From: Alphaproteobacteria bacterium
GTDB lineage: Bacteria; Pseudomonadota; Alphaproteobacteria; Micavibrionales; Micavibrionaceae
Length of the DNA stretch: 64,000 nucleotides
NCBI GenBank assembly: GCA_023301585.1
Contig: JAMASZ010000056.1
Coordinates: 729 to 64,728 of the forward strand
Direction of reading: 5' to 3'
Shown here one piece after another: positions 44,355 through 53,129 of this stretch. The notes beneath the pieces were generated by a model. It was not told where the DNA came from and ran no database searches. It saw nothing but the letters and a program-made list of their open reading frames with translations. Numbering within the stretch: the stretch's first letter is position 1; each line of letters begins with the position of its first letter. A program made the translations under genes and the position numbers.

Positions 44355-46019
44355 TTACAAGCCTTTGTTGGAATCAAGACAAGTTATCTCTAAGAACATG
44401 GTAAAGTCCACCCCGACAAAGTCGTATTTCGTGCCATCTTCGTTGAAGAACTGAAACCTTATTTTGTTCAACCTCTTGAGTACACTGTTGAACTCGTGTG
44501 AGCCGACGGCAGTGTCCTTGTTCAAGAAATTGACCAGGTCTGCGCCGGAATGGAGCTGAATTCTTCCGAAGAACCACGCATTTGACAGAGAGGGTATGTG
44601 GATCGATCCAATGTCTTGATTATCAACCACCGCACGACATAGAACCATTCTCCTCGCTCGACTCAGATCGAATCGGTCGGTTGAGATGTAGGTCGTGGGG
44701 ATCAGAGTGTCTGCATTAATCGGAGAAAGTTTTGAGACACCGTCGCTGAACAAGTAGGACGCGGGGTAGTCGAAACTCACAGCGACCAGAGCACCGTCCA
44801 CCGACACAACCCTTGCCGAAAGATGAGCGAATTCCGGTGAGTCAAAGCCTCCCCTGAAAACTATGGCGTCTCCTGTGGACAGAGACGTTGCCGGCGAACC
44901 AGTCGTCAGCGTCAGCTCGACCGAACTGTTTTGCACGGCTGAAAGGGTGATCTCTCCGACTTCCCACTCCATAGACGGCTGGGACTCTTTTGCGATTTTT
45001 CCCCGACTGCGTCGAGTCGCCCACAGCGCGCTTCTGTTGACGTATAACTCCGTGTGCGTTTCGTCGTGCACGACTGCGACGGTGCATACCATATCGTTCA
45101 TGAAGCCAGGGATTCCTGATAGTTTTACGCGGTCCCCGGCGGAGAGGAACGGTCCGAAGTTAGTCACCACCATGACCGAGGCGTTGAGCAGAGTGTCGGT
45201 GCCATTGAAAGGGGATCCGATGGACAGCACTTCGAAAAAAGAACCTCCGTGCACATCAGACTGTCCGTACCCCAGAATCCTGGACACCGAGTTGTCTGCA
45301 GAGTAAGGCACCAGCTTGGAAAGCGACGCGTTGACAGTGCTCCAGTCGACATCGGAGAAGTCGCCAAGAACTCTAACTTTGTTGTCCGTTTTGTCTTCGA
45401 GAATTTCGACAACCTGCACGTCTCTGTCTGAGTAGGTGTACGGCTGGAACACGAGGAGAGCCCCGGGCGAAAATACTTGTTTGGACGGCGCAAAATAGGA
45501 CAGAATGGCCTCTGTGTCGGAGCTGACAGTGATGGAAGAAAGCGTCACGGTCTCGGTCGATGCATGAACGGTGTACTCGTATTCGCCCGACGACACAATC
45601 CCAACCTTTCCGAACAAGAGAGATGTGGTAAAGTTGTAGTCATTCCCCATGCCCCTGTCTCCGTTGAACATGTTGGGGCATTCGGTGGAGAGCGTGAGCG
45701 AAGTACAGAGGTTTTGGATCGAGTAACCCCCGGTGGAGGAACGAAAGGAGTAAAAGTAATACTCGTCCTCTCCCCACTTTTCGCTGATGTAAAAGTTGTT
45801 GGTGGTTTTGTCGATGGCGTATCTCGTGTGAGGTATCTCAAAGTTGAGGATCTTCATACCGAGCACGTTGGACTGCTCGTCGAATACGAGCTCGGAATCG
45901 GCCGAATCGGGGTACCGCGCCTTGTTCCTGTCGGATGACGACAGGTTCAGATATTTTCGGTGAACGCCGTCTGTGCGAGACAAAGATGTGTCGAGCTCGG
46001 AGCTTCTGTTGACCGACAT
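44355..46019 (-). CDS. Probable minor capsid (penton-like, single jelly-roll) protein with large central insertion
   Basis: ATG 46019, 554 aa. The termini fit the NCLDV penton-type pattern as I recall it. N-terminus: YLNLSSSDRNKARYP..VLGMKILNFEIPHTRYAIDKTTNNFYI..GGYSIQNL. C-terminus: FGRIQLHSG..LNKIRFQFFNEDGTKYDFVGVDFTMFLEITC. The functional call is tentative. Confidence 0.55.
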   Translation of the reverse strand: MSVNRSSELDTSLSRTDGVHRKYLNLSSSDRNKARYPDSADSELVFDEQSNVLGMKILNFEIPHTRYAIDKTTNNFYISEKWGEDEYYFYSFRSSTGGYSIQNLCTSLTLSTECPNMFNGDRGMGNDYNFTTSLLFGKVGIVSSGEYEYTVHASTETVTLSSITVSSDTEAILSYFAPSKQVFSPGALLVFQPYTYSDRDVQVVEILEDKTDNKVRVLGDFSDVDWSTVNASLSKLVPYSADNSVSRILGYGQSDVHGGSFFEVLSIGSPFNGTDTLLNASVMVVTNFGPFLSAGDRVKLSGIPGFMNDMVCTVAVVHDETHTELYVNRSALWATRRSRGKIAKESQPSMEWEVGEITLSAVQNSSVELTLTTGSPATSLSTGDAIVFRGGFDSPEFAHLSARVVSVDGALVAVSFDYPASYLFSDGVSKLSPINADTLIPTTYISTDRFDLSRARRMVLCRAVVDNQDIGSIHIPSLSNAWFFGRIQLHSGADLVNFLNKDTAVGSHEFNSVLKRLNKIRFQFFNEDGTKYDFVGVDFTMFLEITCLDSNKGL

Positions 46020-46067
46020 GGCTTCAGGAATACAGTATATTGCGATGAATACATTTTTTTGTCACAA

Positions 46068-46355
46068 TCAAGCGCACACCACAAACTGCGACGCAGAGTT
46101 GTTGTCTTTCTTCGCCCTTTTACGCAGAGACTCTTCCTTCTCAAACGCAACTTCTTCCGCGGAAAACAATCCCTTCACTAGGTGTTTAGAGCTCTTGTTG
46201 CTGTTCTTCCGAGACATCTTTTTGGACGTCTTTCGAATGGCACGGATCTCTCTTTCCATTTTTTCCCGGCTACGTGAGTTAAATCTCCGACCATCGATGC
46301 GACCAATTTTTTTCTTTTCCTCCTCGATCTTTGCGTGTACCTTGCCGAGAGTCAT
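46068..46355 (-). CDS. Questionable small basic protein
   Basis: ATG 46355, 95 aa, Lys/Arg-rich. A 133-aa ORF on the other strand competes with it. Confidence 0.3.
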   Translation of the reverse strand: MTLGKVHAKIEEEKKKIGRIDGRRFNSRSREKMEREIRAIRKTSKKMSRKNSNKSSKHLVKGLFSAEEVAFEKEESLRKRAKKDNNSASQFVVCA

Positions 46356-46427
46356 GGCAAGCAGGGTGCTGTAACGTTCGCCTACTGATCGACAACATTA
46401 AATTTTACAATCAATAAACGCCATTTG

Positions 46428-47363
46428 TTAACTCCGCGGAACTTCGACTTGGTGCATGTTGTACGGTGCGTACGGGCTCTGTGGCTGCAGCGCGGCTCTG
46501 TTGTGCTCGAGGGCTCTTTCTCGTTCACTAAAAACTGGTGGCGCCCCGATTAAGTTGTGGGGATCGTACACGTTGTGCCCGCCGGCGAGGGCGGGACCGG
46601 GTTCGGTCATCGAACCAGTGATCGGGTGAGGATACTGATTGTTCGGGTCGGTGGGGTGTGGGTTTTGTGGCACAACGGCCGTCGCGAAAGGATCGACGTA
46701 TGGGGCGTAAGGACTGATGTAGGGACTGTACACACTGTACGGACTGTATGTGGTGGGGAACGGGCCGTAGGGACTGTAGTAGGGGTTCATGTAGTAGGAC
46801 GACGAAGGGTCTGGCGCTCCACCCGTAGTCGAGGACGACGACGGCGCCGCCCCGGCATCGAAAGACGACGACGGAGCGGCTCCCGGTGCATACGACGACG
46901 AGTCATCGGTCAGCGAAGACATGACGGAGGCCATCAACAGAGGATTCATGGCGCCCATGGGATTTCCCACGGCAGCCACTGTTCCGGGTGCCATTGGCAT
47001 GGCGGGCGTTAATGGCTGCAAGAGAGGTGTGAAAGGGTTTGGGCCTAGTGTGGCGGGTACAGGAGGCTGCGCGACCGGCGTACCGAACATGCCTGCAAAC
47101 ATGTCTGGGTTGAACGGTTTCATGTTGAATGGGTCGTGCTTGTTGTATCCGAACGGAGGAGGAGGGCCGTAGACTTCCTCTCCGGTGACGTGGTGAGGGA
47201 ACATGTTCGCCGGGTCCATGCTGTTGTAGAACATGGAGGAATCTAATTCCCCCATGTTTGCACTGCTGCCCCCGCTTGTTTGAGCAGAATCCATGGATTC
47301 GATTTGGTTATACATTTGGTCAAGATAATAAATCGTGAGATGATGTAATGACTGGACATACAT
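46428..47363 (-). CDS. Low-complexity Pro/Tyr/Ser-rich protein with YSPY repeats
   Basis: ATG 47363; alternatives at 47315 or further downstream, because the first 16 nt overlap the divergent HK start. YYSPYGPFPTTYSPYSVYSPYISPYAPY. Confidence 0.5.
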   Translation of the reverse strand: MYVQSLHHLTIYYLDQMYNQIESMDSAQTSGGSSANMGELDSSMFYNSMDPANMFPHHVTGEEVYGPPPPFGYNKHDPFNMKPFNPDMFAGMFGTPVAQPPVPATLGPNPFTPLLQPLTPAMPMAPGTVAAVGNPMGAMNPLLMASVMSSLTDDSSSYAPGAAPSSSFDAGAAPSSSSTTGGAPDPSSSYYMNPYYSPYGPFPTTYSPYSVYSPYISPYAPYVDPFATAVVPQNPHPTDPNNQYPHPITGSMTEPGPALAGGHNVYDPHNLIGAPPVFSERERALEHNRAALQPQSPYAPYNMHQVEVPRS

Positions 47364-48784
47364 GTACGAAAAAAAATGTTTGCGACATGGTGTGTTCAGT
47401 GCCGGGTGACAAATTGCTGATGACGCTTTCGTATCGCCTGTTCAAGAGAGGGGGACATGCGGAGACGCGAAAGCATAAGAAACAGAACGCCGAATCGGAT
47501 GCGTTGTTGGAAAATGGAAATGACTTGGTGCGCGCGAGAACACAATTTCTACGCAACTTCTCTCACCAGATCGACACCGACGTGATCCACCGGCTCACAC
47601 GCAGCTCTTCCAAGTTCCGAGAAATCACAGACAAAACAACCATCCCAGATTTCGTGTCGACTGTTTTTGATGTCGGCGAGGAGTACGGAGTCGTGCTTTC
47701 GAACGTCCTAAGGTATTGCGAGTGCGTCGGAGGCAAGTTCAAGACCGTCGACGGACCGATGCTGATACGAAACGTTGTTGCGGACGCGAACACGGACGCG
47801 AAGCAAAAGATGCTACGCGTTTCAAACACACCTCCTCTGGTGAATGTCGACATTACTCACGACGTGCCCATTTCAGAAATGATCGGGGACGGTCCCGTCA
47901 TCAAGGAGTGTCTTGAGGAATTAGTATTCAACGGCCTTCGCCACGACAACCACGCACACGTCTCCGTGCACGTGTCCTCCACAGGCCGTGACCCGTGTCA
48001 CATTACCTTCACGGTGGAGAACAAAGGGATACAGATTCCCGACGACGACCTGGTCGACATTTTCACACCCTTTCACAGTATCCACAGAGGCATCGTTCAC
48101 GGGTCTGGCCTGGGCCTGGGTCTGGCTAGGTGCAAGCGCCTGGCTCGTGAACTCGGAGGCGGTCTACACGTCCAGAACGGGCGTGTGACTCGATTTTCTC
48201 TCTCGATTCCGATCAAGCACCGTGCACCCATAGAGTTACCGCATCAAGCGATGGCCGTGACTTTCGGTAGGCGGTCGAGCGAAACCCTAGCTACGACGAA
48301 CGTGCACGAGGAGTCCGACATCTTCCAGGGCGACCAAATTTCAGCCGACGCGGAAAAGCCTTCGGTCTTGGTCGTGGACGATTCCGCCATTGCCAGACGC
48401 CAGTTTCAGAAAATGTTACAATACGTCGACGTCGACGTCGACGTGTGCGAAGGGCCTCTCAGGTGTTTGGAGATGATCAAAGTCAAGGCGTACGATATCG
48501 TGTGTCTAGACATAATCATGCCGGTGATGTCCGGAGTCACCTGCGCCTATCAAGTACGCGAAGGAGACACGGACAACAAGAGTTCTCCGATCATCATCAT
48601 CACCGCGGACAACTCCATTGAGACGAGACAGCTATGTGCGTGCATACCGAATAGCACGGTGCTCGAGAAACCCGCGAAGCGTAACGTTCTTTTTAGAACA
48701 ATCATGTCATCCATGGCAGGCTTGCCACAAAAAGAGTGGATCAGAAGAGCGTGGCGTAAAAAAAACGGTGATTATCTTCTGTGA
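47348..48784 (+). CDS. Hybrid histidine kinase (soluble; divergent H-box, HATPase_c, receiver)
   Basis: ATG 47348. H-box-like FLRNFSHQIDTDV; N-box LVFNGLRHDN; G2 GSGLGLGLARCKRLARELGG. Receiver: VLVVDDSAIARRQ..DIVCLDIIMPVMSG..IIITAD..LEKP. Confidence 0.85.
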   Translation: MTGHTCTKKNVCDMVCSVPGDKLLMTLSYRLFKRGGHAETRKHKKQNAESDALLENGNDLVRARTQFLRNFSHQIDTDVIHRLTRSSSKFREITDKTTIPDFVSTVFDVGEEYGVVLSNVLRYCECVGGKFKTVDGPMLIRNVVADANTDAKQKMLRVSNTPPLVNVDITHDVPISEMIGDGPVIKECLEELVFNGLRHDNHAHVSVHVSSTGRDPCHITFTVENKGIQIPDDDLVDIFTPFHSIHRGIVHGSGLGLGLARCKRLARELGGGLHVQNGRVTRFSLSIPIKHRAPIELPHQAMAVTFGRRSSETLATTNVHEESDIFQGDQISADAEKPSVLVVDDSAIARRQFQKMLQYVDVDVDVCEGPLRCLEMIKVKAYDIVCLDIIMPVMSGVTCAYQVREGDTDNKSSPIIIITADNSIETRQLCACIPNSTVLEKPAKRNVLFRTIMSSMAGLPQKEWIRRAWRKKNGDYLL

Positions 48785-49076
48785 ATGTTGTCCGATAAGA
48801 AAACGCGAGATTGAACTCCACCGACGTCTTAATTGTTGTCGTCAGAAATGTTGCTTGTGGCCGACAAGATTTTCCTGTGGATCGTGCTTCTCTGCTCTTC
48901 TCCGTTGTTGTGTTTCGTAGCCGTCGTCTCGGCGGACCTTGTGGCACCGGTGGTCTTCTTGGTCGTGGTGTACGTGGCGCTGAGCATTCGCTTGGTGGCA
49001 TCCGACTGCATTTTAATTAAATCAGTAGGGTACGGAGTCGCGTCGGCGCCGATCCTGTTGGCCGTTCGCGTCCAAA

Positions 49077-50105
49077 ATGACGACACCGTGGGTCGAAAAG
49101 TACCGCCCTACCGATTTCGATGAAGTAGTCGGTAACTCCAGAGTCGTGCAAATGCTGACCAACCTTCTCGACAAAGACGTGTCGATTCCCAATTTGTTGA
49201 TATGTGGACCGTCCGGTTCCGGCAAGACTACCTGCGTCGACATCTTGTGTGACACAATCATTCGTGATAATCCTAAAGCCAACTTCCTGCGGTCGAGTTC
49301 GTTCGAGGAAAGAGGCATCGATTACGTGAGAAGCACCGTCAAGAATTTCGCAAAGGAGCGCTTCACCAACGAACACGATTCCAACCTTCGTTCAAGGCCG
49401 AGCAAGGTCGTGGTTCTCGACGAGGCCGACTCCATTGCCCCGGGAGCCTTTCAGGCCCTGCGGAGAATTATGGAGGCCTTCTCCAACACTACGCGGTTCG
49501 TCATCGTCTGCAACAACTCTACGAAGATCATCGAGCCGATTCAGAGCAGGTGTGCCATCCTGAGGTTTTCAAAGGTGGAAGAAACCGCCATGTGCTCAAG
49601 AATGGAGCAGATTTGTGACATGGCCGGCGTTGAGTACGACGTCGGCGGGATAAGAGCGTTGGCGTGTGTCGCGGACGGCGATGTACGTTCCGCCATCAAC
49701 AGTCTCAGTTCGACGGTGTCGGCATTCGACAGCGTTACGGAAAAAAACGTCTTTCGCACGTGCGACTCGCCGCAACCGGTGAAGATCGAGGAAATACTCG
49801 ACCTTCTTCGAAGCAAGGCAAACTACACGAGGGCCTGCCTAAAACTGAAGGATGTTGTTGATGATGGTTACCATTTTTCGGATATCGTTTCCACGTTCTT
49901 CAGTGCATCGGCGCATACACCCGCCGACGGAGGACACGTGCGTCTCGAGCTTGCCAAGGTCATCGGTTTGACACAGGCCAGGGTGTTGAACGGTGCTTCG
50001 TCGTACCTTCAGCTCGCGGCCATGCTGTGGGGCATCGCCGAAGTTTTGAGTGGGAAACAGGAGATATTTTCCGCTCCCCCGACGACTTCCGGGAACGCTA
50101 AATGA
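49077..50105 (+). CDS. Replication factor C small subunit (clamp loader AAA+)
   Basis: ATG 49077. WVEKYRP, Walker A GPSGSGKTT, Walker B VVVLDEADS, SRC motif IQSRCAILRF. Confidence 0.9.
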   Translation: MTTPWVEKYRPTDFDEVVGNSRVVQMLTNLLDKDVSIPNLLICGPSGSGKTTCVDILCDTIIRDNPKANFLRSSSFEERGIDYVRSTVKNFAKERFTNEHDSNLRSRPSKVVVLDEADSIAPGAFQALRRIMEAFSNTTRFVIVCNNSTKIIEPIQSRCAILRFSKVEETAMCSRMEQICDMAGVEYDVGGIRALACVADGDVRSAINSLSSTVSAFDSVTEKNVFRTCDSPQPVKIEEILDLLRSKANYTRACLKLKDVVDDGYHFSDIVSTFFSASAHTPADGGHVRLELAKVIGLTQARVLNGASSYLQLAAMLWGIAEVLSGKQEIFSAPPTTSGNAK

Positions 50106-50107
50106 TG

Positions 50108-50131
50108 CGTAATTTGACTTTTTATGTTTGT
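50108..50131 (+). promoter_or_regulatory. Intergenic element CGTAATTTGACTTTTTATGTTTGT (copy 1)
   Basis: Starts 3 nt after the RFC stop and is 23/24 identical to 50613-50636. Contains an ATG in frame with the downstream ORF. Confidence 0.45.
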
Positions 50132-50168
50132 TTTATGTATTAAACTTGAAATCCGTCGTGGCCCGCCA

Positions 50169-50606
50169 ATGTCTCTCGTCGGAAAAATCGTTGCCCCGAG
50201 TTTGATTGTAGGTATGTCCGCAGTTGCCCTGTTTCAGCAAAGAGAATCGCTCTCCAACTCAAGTAAGCAGGCTTTGGTCAAAGGCTCCGTTTCTCTGACG
50301 GCATGCATTCTATTGCAAGTCGCCGTCATTCGCAGATCGGCGATGGGCGGAAGGCCGTCCAACATCCATGGCGTTCTGGCGCTCCTTTATCCTTTGCTAT
50401 TCGTGGTGTCCATGAGCCTGACCTTCATGCTATACCGCGACGTCCCTCCGAGCGTAGCGTTTGCGTTTTTTGCTGGGCCCTCGAGACTGGGAGCTTCGGG
50501 GAATCAACCCGTCTATCAATACCGCCTTACCGACGTCATCGATCGCGTACGAGGGATTGTCGCCGACAGGATGAAAACCAGCTCGAACGACTTTCGGGAA
50601 CTCTGA
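50169..50606 (+). CDS. Hypothetical membrane protein
   Basis: ATG 50169 (MSLVGKIVAPSLIVGMSAVALF) is preferred by analogy with the next gene; ATG 50124 inside the shared element is also in frame. Three to four hydrophobic helices. Confidence 0.5.
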   Translation: MSLVGKIVAPSLIVGMSAVALFQQRESLSNSSKQALVKGSVSLTACILLQVAVIRRSAMGGRPSNIHGVLALLYPLLFVVSMSLTFMLYRDVPPSVAFAFFAGPSRLGASGNQPVYQYRLTDVIDRVRGIVADRMKTSSNDFREL

Positions 50607-50612
50607 ATGTTC

Positions 50613-50636
50613 CGTAATTTAACTTTTTATGTTTGT
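50613..50636 (+). promoter_or_regulatory. Intergenic element CGTAATTTAACTTTTTATGTTTGT (copy 2)
   Basis: Starts 7 nt after the previous stop and ends 18 nt before ATG 50655. Its internal ATG opens a 9-codon uORF whose TGA overlaps the main ATG (tcATGa). Confidence 0.45.
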
Positions 50637-50654
50637 CGAGTTTAACAAAACCTC

Positions 50655-51473
50655 ATGAATTTCTTGACGGATATCGGAGCCAACTTGATACAAGGTGGAC
50701 TGGCAGTCGCATCGGGCAAGTCCGTCGGCGGTGTCGCTAAACAGATGGTCACTCGGAAACACACCCGCAAGCTCGAGTCGTACTTCATGCAGGCCGCCGA
50801 CGCCTACTCTTCGGGGTACAACACGTTCAGTGCTCCAAGCATCACCAAATTTGGAGTCTCTGCGATCGTGGCATTGGCGGCGTGGACGACCGTCGTCCTC
50901 TTGCAAAAATCTAAAACCAACGGCGACGACGGTGTCGTGGTGACGGAATCACCCAAAGTCGAGGCCACTGCGATGGCGGGCACGGCTGCCTTTGTCGCGG
51001 CGTTCTTTTCGGTCATGGCCTTCGACGTGATGCGGAGACAGAAGACTTTTTCGAATTTTACGGGAACGAACATGATCTTGCAGCACGCCATGTTCTTCGC
51101 GATTCCGTTTGCCGCCTTGTCTGCCGGCCTGGCGGTGGCCTCTCCGCTTGATTTGAAGAAGAGCGTCCTCGCAGCCACTTTCATTGCCGTTGGTGTTGTC
51201 GTCCTGGCTAAAAAGTTCTATTTCGTCTTCAAACAGAACGATCTCGAGAAAGAGGTGTTTACGCAGATTGCGAACGTCTTGGACGCTTGCCAGGCTCCGA
51301 ACAAGGCCGGCTGCAGCCACAAGCACGCTGGATACCTGGAGGCGTTCTCTAACATGGTCAAGCCTTACATGGATCAGATTAATTACTTTCTACCGTCACC
51401 GCTCGACGCTTCTGAGGTCGCGCGAGACATTGCTTCGAGGCAGTTTTTTGACACGCTTCGGAATCGTGTTTAA
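50655..51473 (+). CDS. Hypothetical multi-pass membrane protein
   Basis: ATG 50655, 272 aa. Helices: VSAIVALAAWTTVVLL, GTAAFVAAFFSVMAF, AMFFAIPFAALSAGLAVA, VLAATFIAVGVVVLA. Confidence 0.55.
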   Translation: MNFLTDIGANLIQGGLAVASGKSVGGVAKQMVTRKHTRKLESYFMQAADAYSSGYNTFSAPSITKFGVSAIVALAAWTTVVLLQKSKTNGDDGVVVTESPKVEATAMAGTAAFVAAFFSVMAFDVMRRQKTFSNFTGTNMILQHAMFFAIPFAALSAGLAVASPLDLKKSVLAATFIAVGVVVLAKKFYFVFKQNDLEKEVFTQIANVLDACQAPNKAGCSHKHAGYLEAFSNMVKPYMDQINYFLPSPLDASEVARDIASRQFFDTLRNRV

Positions 51474-53081
51474 ACACGTTCCAAGATTCGGATTCTCGCA
51501 AAAAAACACTCCGGTCGTGGAAATCTCCTTGTCGTTCACGGGAGGTGGGCAGACGGGCCCGGGTGGCACCAACTCTTCTCTTGGCGTGGTTGTGCTCGTG
51601 GTAGACGACGATCTCGTGCTTCCCCACGCAAAGTTGGTCGACGTCATGAACATTTTTGTCACGGCAACGACCGATAGGAAGGGCATGCAGATCTTGTTCA
51701 AGAAAAGCCCCACTACCATCTGTTTCCATTCGGGAACGATGCAACCGATCCAAACGAAGGCGTAGACGTACGGAAGAAGAATGACGAGCGATAGAAACAG
51801 GACATTGACGATGGAGAAACCATCAAGGAGGATCCAGAAGCAAAAGTAGGAAATGAATCGAAACGGTGTCGAGAAAACGCGAGCGATGTCGAACAGCGTC
51901 GACGCGCGGACGTACACAGGGATGTTGCGGGAGTAGAGCACGACGAGAGAGTTGAAGAAAGAGTTCGACGACCATCGTCTTCGCTGGTTGATGAATGACG
52001 CCGGGTCCAGAGGTGGCTCTGTGTACACGTGCGCACGCCAGTTCATCTGTAGCCTTGACCCCTGCCTGAGAAGCAGGGTCGTGTACCGCCGATCGGTTCC
52101 CTGCATCCGCGTGACTGCTTGCAACAGGCTGCTCTCGTTCGGCGGAAGGTTGCCGTACTTTTCGATGGCAGCTTTCGAACGAGGTCCCACCCTGATCATA
52201 TTGGAGCATCCCGGAAGACATACCGTGGAGTTCATCAGGCTCTCGGTCATCCTTCGGACCATAATCGAAAAGAAGTACTGGAAGTCCTGCATGAACACGA
52301 ACCCCTTTGCTGTGCACGAAGCGTTTTCTCTGGCGTGTGCCCTCAGCAGACCGGAGACACCGTCAAGCTCAGTGTCATCTCGGAAAGACTTGAGCATCTC
52401 GTTCAAACAGTTTTCGTCAGACACGGTGTCGCCATCGGTGTGATAGATGAAGTCGACGCGGGGCACACCGATGGCCTCTATTTCGGGTATATCCGTGGTG
52501 ATGAATTTTTCGCCGATGATGAGCGAGTCCTTCTTGCCCGAGTTGTGTTGTTTGAATGACAAAATGACGGTCGTGTTGTTGAATCGACCCATCCGGTAAA
52601 CTAGCTTGGCGTCTTGCTTGCTTTTCCAGTTCTGGTACGATCGCTCTTCGCCCCTCCCGGGATCCCAAGCACCCACCAGATCAACGACCGAGTTGAAGAG
52701 GTCCGTGTTGTTTTCGGTCAGTCCGTCAAAGAGAAGTAGTACCACCACCTTTGTGTTTGCCGATAGGTTTTGCGTGGTCAAGCCGTTTAGGTTTTTCTGT
52801 AACATCGATGGTTCTTCGTTGTGCACAGGGACCAGGCAGCATATCGTGGTCCGGCGCTGTTCGTCGGCAGCGATGTCCGGACAAGACCTCAAAATCTTTT
52901 TCAGGTTAAACACCTGATATACCACACTGAACACGTCTCTGGCGTGCCCGCCGACGACAAAAAGAGCCACGAACAGGTAGCCGTAGCGAAACGTCAGCAA
53001 CAGCATCGCAAGCAGGACGTTGAAGACGACGTAACTGGCGAACAACAAGTTTTTTTTCAGGCGTAGGATGACGTTGTTCAT
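51396..53081 (-). CDS. Processive family-2 glycosyltransferase, chitin-synthase-like
   Basis: Track start is GTG; first ATG 53081. HTDGDT, QDFQYFFS (QxFEY-like), LPGCSNMIRV (LPGCF/S.MYR-like), QGTDRRYTTLLL (GEDRxLTTLLL-like), QRRRWSSNS (QRRRW). TM helices flank the catalytic domain. Confidence 0.85.
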   Translation of the reverse strand: MNNVILRLKKNLLFASYVVFNVLLAMLLLTFRYGYLFVALFVVGGHARDVFSVVYQVFNLKKILRSCPDIAADEQRRTTICCLVPVHNEEPSMLQKNLNGLTTQNLSANTKVVVLLLFDGLTENNTDLFNSVVDLVGAWDPGRGEERSYQNWKSKQDAKLVYRMGRFNNTTVILSFKQHNSGKKDSLIIGEKFITTDIPEIEAIGVPRVDFIYHTDGDTVSDENCLNEMLKSFRDDTELDGVSGLLRAHARENASCTAKGFVFMQDFQYFFSIMVRRMTESLMNSTVCLPGCSNMIRVGPRSKAAIEKYGNLPPNESSLLQAVTRMQGTDRRYTTLLLRQGSRLQMNWRAHVYTEPPLDPASFINQRRRWSSNSFFNSLVVLYSRNIPVYVRASTLFDIARVFSTPFRFISYFCFWILLDGFSIVNVLFLSLVILLPYVYAFVWIGCIVPEWKQMVVGLFLNKICMPFLSVVAVTKMFMTSTNFAWGSTRSSSTTSTTTPREELVPPGPVCPPPVNDKEISTTGVFFCENPNLGTCLNTIPKRVKKLPRSNVSRDLRSVER

Positions 53082-53129
53082 GTTTTTGGATGAATTTAGG
53101 ACAAGTTGGCCTTGGAACACGTTACTTAA

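Noticed and set aside
48848-49123. Small hydrophobic ORF (MLLVADKIFLWIVLLCSSPLLCF..) upstream of RFC
   Set aside because: Its 3' end overlaps the RFC start by 47 nt in another frame. It is short, no homolog was recognised, and the track start is TTG. It could be a real membrane peptide but is unsupported.
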